Source of the DNA: Elusimicrobia bacterium HGW-Elusimicrobia-3
Lineage (GTDB): Bacteria; Elusimicrobiota; Elusimicrobia; Elusimicrobiales; UBA9959
Direction of reading: 5' to 3'
NCBI GenBank assembly: GCA_002840355.1
Contig: PHAL01000002.1
Span: 108,857-172,856, forward strand
Length of the DNA: 64,000 nt
Both the position numbers and the translations under genes were made by a program. Below are positions 45,111-56,334 of the stretch, piece by piece. The notes beneath the pieces were generated by a model. That model ran no database searches. It was not told the origin of the DNA and saw only the letters and a list, made by a program, of their open reading frames with translations. Numbering within the stretch: position 1 is the first letter of the stretch; every line of letters begins with the position of its first letter.

Positions 45111-46616
45111 ATGGACAACCAGAAATATAAGAAGGACTCGGTGTTCTCTTCGGTATTCCCGCAGCAGGAACCTGCCAGCCCGCCCGCGCCGGCCGCGGCG
45201 CCGGTCCATAAGCCCGAGGTTTCCGAAGGGCAGGTCTCGGCCTTGAACAAGAAGATAGAAATGCTGGAGCGCAATATAGTCGGCGAACTGCAGCGGACGC
45301 TGGCGGAACGCGCGTCCGCGCCGCCTGCTCCGCCCCCGCCTCCGTCGCAGGCCATCCCGGCCGTCATTTCCAAAATAACCGAGATGGAAAACCGCTTCAA
45401 GGAATTCCAGGAGAAATTCCTGATCGGGGCGGCGCAGATGAAGAATATAGAGGAGTCCAAGATCAGCGCGCGCCGGGAGATAGAGGAACTGCTCAAGGTG
45501 GTGCGCGAGCAGCAGAAGTATTCGGAACTCGACAGGCAGATGCATGACCAGCTGGAAAAAGCCTGGGCCCGCGTGGAGCAGATGGAGGGCCGTCTTGTTG
45601 AAGCTTACGCCGCAGCCGCCCAAAAAACCGCACCCGCCGCTCCGCCAGTCGCTCCTCCCGCCCCGCAGGTCTCCGCGGACGAAATAGCCGCGGCCGTTCT
45701 GAAGGCCGTAGACGGGGCTATCGGTGAAAGAATAAAGGCGGTCGACGCGAAGCTCGACGCCAGGCTGCGGCTCTTGGAGGACATGGTACGGAAGTCCCAG
45801 GCGGGCGCCGGGGAGTCCCTGGAGGCCTGCCGCCAGTTGGGGGCCGGCTTTGCCTCACACTCGTCGCGGGTGGACTCGGCCCTGGCCTCCATTTCTGAGG
45901 AAGTCGGCCGTTCGGCTATCAGCGCCTTCTCCGGTAAGGAACGCCTGGAGGATATGGTCACGGATATGAAGACGGAGTTGAAGGGTTATATAAAAGAGCA
46001 GGCGGACCGGTCAGTTTCCGCCTTTGTCGGTCATGCGGACGCTTCCGCGCTTGACGCCCGTGAGCGGCTCGACGCGCTGGCGCGGATGATGGTGACCCAT
46101 GTGGATTCCCTGACCGCTGCCCAGGCGGCCGTCTCTGCGCGGTTGGGGGATATGGCCGCGACCGTTGATAACCACGCGGCGGCGCAGCAGCGGACCGTTG
46201 TCTCCAGCGCCGAAGATGCGGAGCGTTCGCTGCGCGCCGGACTGGACTCGCTGGCGGCCCGGGTGAGCGCGGAGAACGACGGGCAGTTGCTGAAACTCAG
46301 GGAAGTCTTTGATCTTTCCGCCTCCGGTCAGGCCGCGCTTTCCGGTGCAGCCGCCGATATTGCCGGGATAGAGTCCCGGCTTGAAGCTTTGCGGACCGTT
46401 CTGGGCCGCGTCCTCGCCGACCTGCGCGCCGTGAACCTGGAGGGGATCTTAGGCGTCTCGGGGGCCGTTATCCGCAAGACGGTGGAAGGTCTTCCCGGGC
46501 TTTGCGAAGAATTGCGGCGTAACGAGACGCTGATGAGGGAAAAACGCGCCGTGATAGAGGCCGGCGCGTTGCGGCTGCGGGCCGGAGGCGGAGGCGACTC
46601 AAATGAGCGGCCCTGA
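45111..46616 (+). CDS. Pro/Ala-rich coiled-coil protein (501 aa), no TM
   Basis: AGGAGG lies before the ATG. Two PAPP-type stretches separate long heptad-like helices (ALNKKIEMLERNIVGELQRTL..., ENRFKEFQEKFLIGAAQMKNIEESKISARREIEELLKVVREQQ...). Confidence 0.65.
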   Translation: MDNQKYKKDSVFSSVFPQQEPASPPAPAAAPVHKPEVSEGQVSALNKKIEMLERNIVGELQRTLAERASAPPAPPPPPSQAIPAVISKITEMENRFKEFQEKFLIGAAQMKNIEESKISARREIEELLKVVREQQKYSELDRQMHDQLEKAWARVEQMEGRLVEAYAAAAQKTAPAAPPVAPPAPQVSADEIAAAVLKAVDGAIGERIKAVDAKLDARLRLLEDMVRKSQAGAGESLEACRQLGAGFASHSSRVDSALASISEEVGRSAISAFSGKERLEDMVTDMKTELKGYIKEQADRSVSAFVGHADASALDARERLDALARMMVTHVDSLTAAQAAVSARLGDMAATVDNHAAAQQRTVVSSAEDAERSLRAGLDSLAARVSAENDGQLLKLREVFDLSASGQAALSGAAADIAGIESRLEALRTVLGRVLADLRAVNLEGILGVSGAVIRKTVEGLPGLCEELRRNETLMREKRAVIEAGALRLRAGGGGDSNERP

Positions 46617-47445
46617 TTCACTGTTCTCCTGCATACAGCCGGCTGAAGCGCCACGGGGCGATGCCTGCGCATCTAAACCTGCGCCGCCGCCACCGCCTCC
46701 GGCGCCGACAGCCGCCCAGGCGAGGAATAGCGATCTGGAAGCAAGGCTGAATAAAAGCGAGGAAAGACGGCTGGCGGCCGAAACCAGGCTGGCGGAACTG
46801 GAAAAAGGCTTTGCGGCCTTTAAAAATGAATTGGCGCGGACCAGGGAGTCCCTTGCCGCGGGTCCCGGCCCGGCGGCTATCCAGGAGTTGAAACAGGAAT
46901 TATCGGTTCTCTCGCGCAGACTCCTGGCCGCGGAGGCGGCGGTCTCCCGCGACTCTTTGCGCGATGGGCAGGCCAGCGCCCTGGAGGCGGCGGACAGGCG
47001 GCTGAAAGAAGCCGAAGCGCGCATAGGCGAGGAAATAGAGCGCCGCTTTGCCGGTTTGGATACGGCGATTTTTGAAATCGCGCGCAAAGCGCTGACGGCT
47101 AAAGAGGCCGCGGCGGGGAATACGCGCAGGCTGGAAAGGCTGGAGGAGCGGACCGCGCGTTTGACATACATAGAGAAGCGGCTGAACAGCAGCGAGAATA
47201 AGTTCGAAAGGATCTGCGAGTGCGAAGCGCTGGCGGAATCGCTAAAGGTAAGCGTGGAGGAAGTGGAACGGACGCTGGCCGAAATGCTGCACAAGGAGGC
47301 CTCCCTCGCGGCGGAGAACCGCAAGACGGCCTCCGAACTGCAATCCCTGTCCGCGCAGGTGGGACAGATCAGCGCCCTTTTTAATCACTTCCGGTCCGAA
47401 CTTTCCTTTCTGATTCCCGGGAGAAAGGACGTGGCCGGGGGGTAA
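46603..47445 (+). CDS. Pro-rich N-terminus + coiled-coil protein (280 aa)
   Basis: It overlaps the upstream gene by 14 nt. KPAPPPPPPAPT is followed by continuous coiled coil (DLEARLNKSEERRLAAETRLAELEKGFAAFKNELARTRESL...). Confidence 0.65.
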   Translation: MSGPDSLFSCIQPAEAPRGDACASKPAPPPPPPAPTAAQARNSDLEARLNKSEERRLAAETRLAELEKGFAAFKNELARTRESLAAGPGPAAIQELKQELSVLSRRLLAAEAAVSRDSLRDGQASALEAADRRLKEAEARIGEEIERRFAGLDTAIFEIARKALTAKEAAAGNTRRLERLEERTARLTYIEKRLNSSENKFERICECEALAESLKVSVEEVERTLAEMLHKEASLAAENRKTASELQSLSAQVGQISALFNHFRSELSFLIPGRKDVAGG

Positions 47446-47456
47446 GGTATTACTTT

Positions 47457-48137
47457 ATGGCGATATACAAACAAAGGCGCGACGAGGTGGAGAACCAGCT
47501 CAACAAGGGGGCGCTGTGGGCGGTTACCTACGGCGACCTGATGAGCTACCTGATGATCTTCTTCCTGGTCCTGTTCTCGTTCTCTGTCTCTAAAAACGAC
47601 AAGACCAAGAACAGGAAATACGAGGAGTCGCTAGGGAACATCCAGAAGGCTTTCGGCGGTACGGCAGACTCCCCGCGGTTGGAGCGGGCGATAGCCAAGG
47701 AGAACGAGGAGGCGACGGCCAAGAAACTGCAGGAGTCCGTGGCGTCGAGCCTGGTGCAGGTGGAATCCAGCGAAAAGAGGCTCAAACTGGTACTCACCGA
47801 GGGGGTGCTGTTCGACTCCGGCCGGGCCGACCTGAGAGAAAGGGCCCGGGAGGTACTGAAACCCATAGTGGACGAGTTGAAGAAACTGCCCAATGAAGTG
47901 GTAGTGGAGGGCCATACAGACAATGTGCCCATAAAGAGCGGCCGGTATTCCACCAACTGGGAACTTTCTATGGCCAGGGCCTACAGCGTGATAAGTTACA
48001 TGGAGAGCCTGGGGATGGACAAGCGCAAGCTCGCGGGCATCGGCTATGGCGAGAATCGCCCTGTCGCGGCCAATATCGACTACGAGGGCCGCGCCAGGAA
48101 CCGCCGTATAGAAATATCCCTGATGAAAACTGATTGA
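47457..48137 (+). CDS. motB: MotB-type stator protein with OmpA-like peptidoglycan-binding domain
   Basis: ALWAVTYGDLMSYLMIFFLVLFSF (TM helix with the conserved Asp). C-terminal VVVEGHTDNVPI...SNWELSMARAYSV...GIGYGENRPVA...NRRIEISL. Confidence 0.85.
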   Translation: MAIYKQRRDEVENQLNKGALWAVTYGDLMSYLMIFFLVLFSFSVSKNDKTKNRKYEESLGNIQKAFGGTADSPRLERAIAKENEEATAKKLQESVASSLVQVESSEKRLKLVLTEGVLFDSGRADLRERAREVLKPIVDELKKLPNEVVVEGHTDNVPIKSGRYSTNWELSMARAYSVISYMESLGMDKRKLAGIGYGENRPVAANIDYEGRARNRRIEISLMKTD

Positions 48138-48320
48138 CGGCTCAGCGTTACAGTTTTCTCGAGCGGCCCTCCCAGTCCATGAAGTGGATTCCGTCCAGCG
48201 CCGCGATAAGCAGCCCGCTGCGCGTGGCCAGCAGGTTGCTGCGCCAGTATTTCTCCTCTACGCTTTGCGGAAGTTTCCAGTAGGAGTAGGGGCCGTGCGG
48301 GTTCGCGCCTGTCAAGGCCC

Positions 48321-48361
48321 AAAAGAAAAGAGCCCGGCGCAGGCCGGGCCCTTTTCTTTTT
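48321..48361. terminator. bidirectional rho-independent terminator
   Basis: AAAAGAAAAGA-GCCCGGC-GCAG-GCCGGGC-CCTTTTCTTTTT lies between the convergent motB operon and ssnA. T-tracts are present on both strands. Confidence 0.75.
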
Positions 48362-48373
48362 ACCGGAAGCGGT

Positions 48374-49699
48374 TTAGAACCTGCTCCAGAGTTTCTTTGC
48401 CAGCTCGGCCGATTTGCGCGAGACTTCCGCCTCGTCGAGGTCGAGCTTGAGCTTCTTGCCTTCCATCAGCACCTTGCCGGCCGCTATCGTCGTGTCCACC
48501 GTGCTCTGGCTGACGCCGAAGATCAGGTGGCCGGAGAAGTTGTTCGCGTCCATCGGCGTGGGGGGGAGGTAATCCACGATGGCCAGGTCGGCCGCGTAGC
48601 CGGCCTTCAGCTCTCCCACGTTCTTGAAGTAGCGGTTGGCTATTTTAGCGTTGTTGACCAGCAGCGCGTTGGCCGTTTCCATGAAGCCCTGCGACGGGTC
48701 GCGCTTCAAGTGCTGCAGCCACAGGCCGCAGCGCAGCTCTTCCAGCATGTTCACCGTCATCGCGTCGGTGCCCAGGCCCACCAGCACGCCCTTCTCGGTC
48801 ATCGCGGTGATGTCGGCGATGCCGACGGCGTTGTTGGCGTTGGACTGCGGGTTGTGCACCACGGCCGTCTCGGTCTCTTTCAGGATCTGCAGCTCCGCCT
48901 CGTTGACGTGCACGCAGTGGGCGGCGATGGACTTGCGGCCCAGGATGCCGAAGTCGCGCAGGCGCTCGACGACGCGCATCTTGTGGTGCGACTCGCACTC
49001 GATCTGGTCGGAGGTGGATTCGGCGGTGTGGATGTGGAAGCCGGCGCCCAGCTTGTGGCCGCGGTAGGCCGCCTCCTCCAGCGTCTCGTCGGAGACGGTA
49101 AACGAGGCGTGCAGGCCGAACAGGCCCTTGATCATGTTGTCGTCGCGGGTCTGGCAGGACGAGATGAACACCGAGTTCTCGTCCAGGCCCTCCTTGGCCC
49201 GCTCCTTGCCGTCGCGGTCGGAGACCTCGTAGCAGAGGGCGGCGCGCAGGCCGGTCTCGCGGCAGGCCTTCTCCACGGCGGCCAGCGAGCCGGTGATGGC
49301 GAAGGGGCTGGCGTGGTGGTCGATGATCGTGGTGGTGCCCTTGCGCACGGCGTTGATCAGCGGGATGACCGCGCTGTAGTAGGAGTCGGCGTTGGTCAGT
49401 TGCTTGTCTAGCCGCCACCAGAGATTATTCAGGATCTCCATGAAGTTGCGCGACGGGTCGGCCTTGCCGAGGCCGCGCGCGAACGTGCTGTAGAAATGCA
49501 TGTGCGCGTTGATGAAGCCGGGCATCACCAGCTTGCCGGCGGCGTCTATCACACGGCCGTACTTGCCCTTGAAGCTCTTCTGAGGCGCTATCTTCTTGAT
49601 CAGGCCGTCCTCGATGAGCAGCGCGTGGCCGTAGAGCACCCGGTTCTTCTCGCCGAGGGTGGCTATGATGCCGTTCTTGATGAGTATGTTTTTCGCCAT
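48374..49699 (-). CDS. ssnA: SsnA-like amidohydrolase (chlorohydrolase/aminohydrolase family)
   Basis: Real start is MAKNILIKNGIIATLGE... (ATG 49699-49697), giving 441 aa. PGFINAHMHFYSTFARG metal-binding motif. The track ORF extending to 50242 overlaps the upstream gene and is rejected. Confidence 0.7.
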   Translation of the reverse strand: MAKNILIKNGIIATLGEKNRVLYGHALLIEDGLIKKIAPQKSFKGKYGRVIDAAGKLVMPGFINAHMHFYSTFARGLGKADPSRNFMEILNNLWWRLDKQLTNADSYYSAVIPLINAVRKGTTTIIDHHASPFAITGSLAAVEKACRETGLRAALCYEVSDRDGKERAKEGLDENSVFISSCQTRDDNMIKGLFGLHASFTVSDETLEEAAYRGHKLGAGFHIHTAESTSDQIECESHHKMRVVERLRDFGILGRKSIAAHCVHVNEAELQILKETETAVVHNPQSNANNAVGIADITAMTEKGVLVGLGTDAMTVNMLEELRCGLWLQHLKRDPSQGFMETANALLVNNAKIANRYFKNVGELKAGYAADLAIVDYLPPTPMDANNFSGHLIFGVSQSTVDTTIAAGKVLMEGKKLKLDLDEAEVSRKSAELAKKLWSRF

Positions 49700-49701
49700 A
49701 G

Positions 49702-52155
49702 TTATTCCGGGCAGACCTTCAGCTCGGCCGCCGTGCGTTTGCGCATCTTGATCGCGCCGGCGAAGCATTTCTTGGCGCACAGCGAGCAGCCTATGCACTT
49801 GCTGGCGTCGAACTTGGGCACGCCGTGGCTGTCCAGCTTGACGGCCAGGTAGCCGCAGCGCTCGCAGTTGCCGCAGTGGCGGCAAAGGTCGGCGTCCGCC
49901 TGCGGGATGTTCTTGACCGGCGTGAGGTCCGGGAAGTCCGTGACCGGCTTGGGCAGCGCGCAGCCTATGAAGTCGCCCACCGACTTGTAGCCCTGCTCCT
50001 CGAGCATGAAGCTGAGGCCGCTCTCCAGCTCGCCTATCACGCCGAAGCCGTACTTCATCACTATGGTGCAGAACTGCACGCTCCGGGCGCCCAGCGCCAG
50101 GAAATGCGCCGCGGCCTTGTAGTCCATCGGCCCGCCGTTGCCGGAGATCGGCACGCCGAGATTTACCGCCTTGGAGATGGTCAGGTTGCTGATGGGGGCC
50201 ACGCCCTCGCCGCTCATGCCCACTATCATGCCTTCCTCCCACTTGCCCTTGCCGCTCATGCGCTTGCGGAAAGCCAGCGCGGGGAAGGAGTTGGCGAGAG
50301 TGATGCCGGCCTTCTTGTGCGGGTATTTCGCGTAGACCTGCTTGATGGCGTTGACCACCTGCCAGATGGCGGTGACGGCGCCGGTCAGCTTGAACAGCTT
50401 GGGGATCTCCGGGTTGGAGACTTCCATCACCCAGCCGATGATCTTGGCCGCGAGCTCCGGGTCCTGCGACACGATGTCGCCCTTGGTGCCGTCGCCGCCC
50501 TGCGGGCAGGACAGCGAGTACTCGATGGCCATGGCGCCGGCCCGCTCGAGTTTGAGCGTGTTGCTCTGCCAGCCTTTCTTGTCGAACTCGTCGTTGCCGG
50601 TCACCGGGCCGCCGGTGGAGGCGGCGGTCAGCCGGTCGGGATATTCCTTTACCAGTTTCTTTATCTCGGCGCAGACGCGGTCCAGCGGGTGGCCGGAGAC
50701 ATTGTCGGAATTGCCGTAGGTGTTCTCGCTGAAGGTCACCATGTACTCCGACGGGATATGGATATCCAGGCCGTCGAAGGCGGTCTTCATCACCACGCCG
50801 GGCCAGCCGGCCTCGTAGGCGGCCTTCACCTGGTCGTAGCCGTCGGAGTGGGGGGAGGCGGAGATGATGAACGGGGAGCTCAGCTTGCGGCCGAAGAAGT
50901 CGGTCGTGAGGTCCACCGGGCGCAGGTCGCGGCCGGCCAGCAGCACGTGGCTCTTCTTGTTTTCGGGGAAGACCGGGGCTTTTTGGCCCTGCATCCAGGC
51001 GTGGGCTTCCATCGCCACGTTCTTGGCGGAGGCGGTGCCTTCCACCACGGTGGCCGCGCCGTTGCGGCAGTCGCCGGCCAGGAACACGCCCTTCTGCTTC
51101 TGGTCGGAGAAGACGGGGATGTTCTTGATGGCCAGCACGGTGAACTGTATGTCGGCGCGAGTCTGCTCGGTGCCGGGGATGTCCTTCGACTTATCGTCGA
51201 GGCGCACGATCTTTATGCCCTTCCCGCCCTTCAGGATGGCGGTGATGCGCGAGCGGCCGTTGATGTTGATGCCGGCCTTCAGTATGTCGCGGAGTTCCGC
51301 TTCGGGCAGCTGTATGTCGCCGATGTTCTTGCGGGTGAAGATCTCGGCGCGGGCCGCGCCCAGCGACAGCGCCTTCATCGCGCAGTCGGCCGCCACGGCG
51401 CCGCCGCCGATGACGGCCACGTTCTTGCCCTTAACTTTGTATCTGGAGGTGTTGCGCAGGTATTCCAGGCCTTCCACGCCCAGGGCCTCGCCCTCTATGC
51501 CGAGCTTCAGCTGCTCTTCCACGCCGGCGGTGACGATGACGGAAGCATATTTCTTCAGGAGCGAGGCGGGGTCTTTGACGCCGGCGCCGGTCTTGATGTT
51601 GATGTCGCCGAGGCCTTTTACCCACTCGATCTCGGTCTTCAGTACTTCCTTGGGAAAGCGCGCGTCGGGGATCAGGTTGCAGGCGCCGCCGGCGCGCTTG
51701 TCCTTCTCGAACACGTCCACCTTGTAGCCCAGCTGGGCCAGCGTGCCCGCGGCCGACAGGCCGGCGGGGCCGGCGCCGATCACGGCCACCCGCTTGCCGT
51801 TGGGTTTCGCTTTTTTAAATTCCGGCATCACGCCGAGTTCCTTGGCGCGCTGCACCACGGCGGCCTGCACCGCGGGGATCTGTATGGGATTGTCGAAGAG
51901 CCGGCGCGAGCAGGCCTTTACGCAGAACCAGTCCGGGCAGACGGCGCCGCAGACGCCGCCGAAGGTGTTGTGCCCCATGATCAGCGCCGCGGAGCGCTTG
52001 AAATCGGAGTCGGCCATCTGGCGCACGGCCATGATGAAATCGGCGGGGGAACAGTCGGCCGGGCAGGCCTTCTGGCAGGGCTTGTCCTCGCAGTAGAGGC
52101 AGCGCTCGGCCTCGGTCTTCAACTGCGCGTCGGTCAGGAAAGTGATTTTCTTCAT
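49702..52155 (-). CDS. Fe-S flavoprotein, dihydropyrimidine-dehydrogenase/YgfK-like (GltD-like FAD/NAD(P) domain + DHODH-like TIM barrel + 2x[4Fe-4S])
   Basis: CLYCEDKPCQKACP, VAVIGAGPAGLSAAGTLAQLGYKVDVFEK and VAVIGGGAVAADCA, then a PreA/DHODH-like region and C-terminal CRHCGNCERC...CIGCSLCAKKC. Confidence 0.75.
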   Translation of the reverse strand: MKKITFLTDAQLKTEAERCLYCEDKPCQKACPADCSPADFIMAVRQMADSDFKRSAALIMGHNTFGGVCGAVCPDWFCVKACSRRLFDNPIQIPAVQAAVVQRAKELGVMPEFKKAKPNGKRVAVIGAGPAGLSAAGTLAQLGYKVDVFEKDKRAGGACNLIPDARFPKEVLKTEIEWVKGLGDINIKTGAGVKDPASLLKKYASVIVTAGVEEQLKLGIEGEALGVEGLEYLRNTSRYKVKGKNVAVIGGGAVAADCAMKALSLGAARAEIFTRKNIGDIQLPEAELRDILKAGININGRSRITAILKGGKGIKIVRLDDKSKDIPGTEQTRADIQFTVLAIKNIPVFSDQKQKGVFLAGDCRNGAATVVEGTASAKNVAMEAHAWMQGQKAPVFPENKKSHVLLAGRDLRPVDLTTDFFGRKLSSPFIISASPHSDGYDQVKAAYEAGWPGVVMKTAFDGLDIHIPSEYMVTFSENTYGNSDNVSGHPLDRVCAEIKKLVKEYPDRLTAASTGGPVTGNDEFDKKGWQSNTLKLERAGAMAIEYSLSCPQGGDGTKGDIVSQDPELAAKIIGWVMEVSNPEIPKLFKLTGAVTAIWQVVNAIKQVYAKYPHKKAGITLANSFPALAFRKRMSGKGKWEEGMIVGMSGEGVAPISNLTISKAVNLGVPISGNGGPMDYKAAAHFLALGARSVQFCTIVMKYGFGVIGELESGLSFMLEEQGYKSVGDFIGCALPKPVTDFPDLTPVKNIPQADADLCRHCGNCERCGYLAVKLDSHGVPKFDASKCIGCSLCAKKCFAGAIKMRKRTAAELKVCPE

Positions 52156-52335
52156 GTCGTACCTCGGATCAAAAGATGTAACCAGTAAATTCTAGTAATT
52201 TTAGCCTGTAAATTTCAGCCGAAATTTCCCGCCCGCATAGCGGGCGCCCTCCGGGAGGCATACGCCCCGCCTGGCCTGTCGCGCATAGCGCTTGGCCAGG
52301 CGCCCGCTGCGCGGGGAATTCCTGCGGAATTCGGG

Positions 52336-54906
<2,571 letters not shown>

Positions 54907-54956
54907 TAATTTGATTTTACTATAATATTAACAGACCGGAATATTTGAGGACGACA

Positions 54957-56324
54957 ATGAAAACATTACTCATCAAGAACGCGCTGGTGCTTGCCACCAT
55001 GGACGACAGCGGCCGCGAGATAAAAGGCGGCGACGTCTACATCGAAGGCCCCGAGATAAAGAAGGTGGGCAGGGGACTCAAGGTGAAGGCCGATACCGTT
55101 ATCGACGCGGCCGGCTGCGTGGTGATGCCCGGCATGGTGAACACGCACCACCACCTCTACCAGACGCTCACGCGCAACCTGCCCAAGGTGCAGGACGCCG
55201 AGTTGTTCGACTGGCTGGTCTACCTCTACGACATCTGGAAGCATGTGAACCCCGAGGCTATCTACGCCAGCACGCAGGCCGGCCTGGGCGAGCTGCTGCT
55301 GACCGGCTGCACCACGAGCTCCGACCATCTTTACCTGTTCCCGGAGAAGAACAGCGGCTTCTTCATAGACACGCAGATAGAGGCGGCGCGCGCCGTGGGC
55401 ATGCGTTTCACCGCCACGCGCGGTTCCATGTCGCGCGGCCGCAGCAAGGGCGGCCTGCCGCCGGACAGCGTGGTGCAAAAGGAGGATTTCATCCTCAAGG
55501 ACTGCGAGCGCCTGATCAACAAGTTCCATGGCCGCGAGAAGTTCGCCATGACCAACGTGGCCATGGCGCCCTGCTCGCCTTTCTCCGTCACGACGGAACT
55601 GCTCAAGCTCACCGCCGAGATGGCCAAGAAGTGGGGCGTGCGCATGCACACCCACCTCGCCGAGACCAAAGACGAGGAGGCCTTCTGCAAGAAGCTCTTC
55701 AAGATGCGCCCGCTCGAATATATGGAAAGCGTGGGCTGGGTGGAAGAGGGCAACGCCTGGTTCGCCCACTGCGTCTATATCAACGAGGCTGAGGCCAAGC
55801 GCATGGGCCATACCCATACCGGCGTGGCCCATTGCCCCTGCTCCAACCTGCGGCTGGGCTCGGGCATAGCGCCCATCCCCATGTTCCTCAAGCACAACGT
55901 GCCCGTCGGGCTCGGCGTGGACGGATCGGCCTCCAACGATTCCTCCGACATGCTGGGCGAGGCGCGCCAGTGCATGCTGGTGCACCGCCTGGAGAACGTG
56001 AAGGCCATGCCGGCCCGCAAGGCGCTGGAGCTGGCCACCCGCGGCGGCGCCGCCGTGCTGGGCCGCAAGGACATCGGTTCCATCGAGCCGGGCAAGGCGG
56101 CCGACATCGCCGTCTTCGACGTGAGCGGCCTGGACTATATCGGTTCCAAGTCCGACCCGCTGGCCTCGCTGCTGTTCTGCGGGGCGTCGCACCGCACCAA
56201 GTATACCGTCGTCAACGGCAAGGTCGTAGTGAAGAACGGCCGCCTGACGCAGGTGGACGAAGCCAAGCTGACCGAGCGCGCCAACAAGGCCGCGTCGCTG
56301 CTGTACCGCAAAGCGGGGGTTTAG
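54957..56324 (+). CDS. amidohydrolase, 8-oxoguanine/guanine deaminase-like
   Basis: GAGGA lies 6 nt before the ATG at 54957. MPGMVNTHHHLYQTLTR, HTHLAET, AHCV, GVDGSASND are metal-ligand motifs of the cytosine/guanine deaminase amidohydrolase group. Confidence 0.7.
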   Translation: MKTLLIKNALVLATMDDSGREIKGGDVYIEGPEIKKVGRGLKVKADTVIDAAGCVVMPGMVNTHHHLYQTLTRNLPKVQDAELFDWLVYLYDIWKHVNPEAIYASTQAGLGELLLTGCTTSSDHLYLFPEKNSGFFIDTQIEAARAVGMRFTATRGSMSRGRSKGGLPPDSVVQKEDFILKDCERLINKFHGREKFAMTNVAMAPCSPFSVTTELLKLTAEMAKKWGVRMHTHLAETKDEEAFCKKLFKMRPLEYMESVGWVEEGNAWFAHCVYINEAEAKRMGHTHTGVAHCPCSNLRLGSGIAPIPMFLKHNVPVGLGVDGSASNDSSDMLGEARQCMLVHRLENVKAMPARKALELATRGGAAVLGRKDIGSIEPGKAADIAVFDVSGLDYIGSKSDPLASLLFCGASHRTKYTVVNGKVVVKNGRLTQVDEAKLTERANKAASLLYRKAGV

Positions 56325-56334
56325 GGGGGAACAT

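Noticed and set aside
42810-48137. Zorya-type anti-phage system (ZorA/ZorB are MotA/MotB homologs)
   Set aside because: The MotA here is short (about 245 aa) without the long ZorA tail. No ZorC/ZorD-like (EH-signature, helicase/nuclease) genes are present. A FliF/FliG-like protein points to a rotor-type partner instead.
40130-48137. Ordinary flagellar operon
   Set aside because: Only MotA-, MotB-, FliF- and FliG-like sequences occur. There are no export apparatus, C-ring (FliM/N), rod, hook, flagellin or chemotaxis genes in the window, and the FliF-like part is drastically reduced. This cannot be fully excluded without the rest of the genome.
49700-50242. 5' extension of the ssnA ORF (track start 50242) and similar extensions at 32500, 5818, 3390 and 41817
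   Set aside because: The extensions overlap upstream genes or are Arg/Gly-rich. Internal ATGs preceded by GGAG-like sequences give family-typical N-termini or signal peptides.
49825-52188. 787-aa plus-strand ORF
   Set aside because: It is antisense to the DPD/YgfK-like flavoprotein gene (49702-52155). The translation is a monotonous Ala/Gly/His/Arg/Val composition with no recognisable domain.
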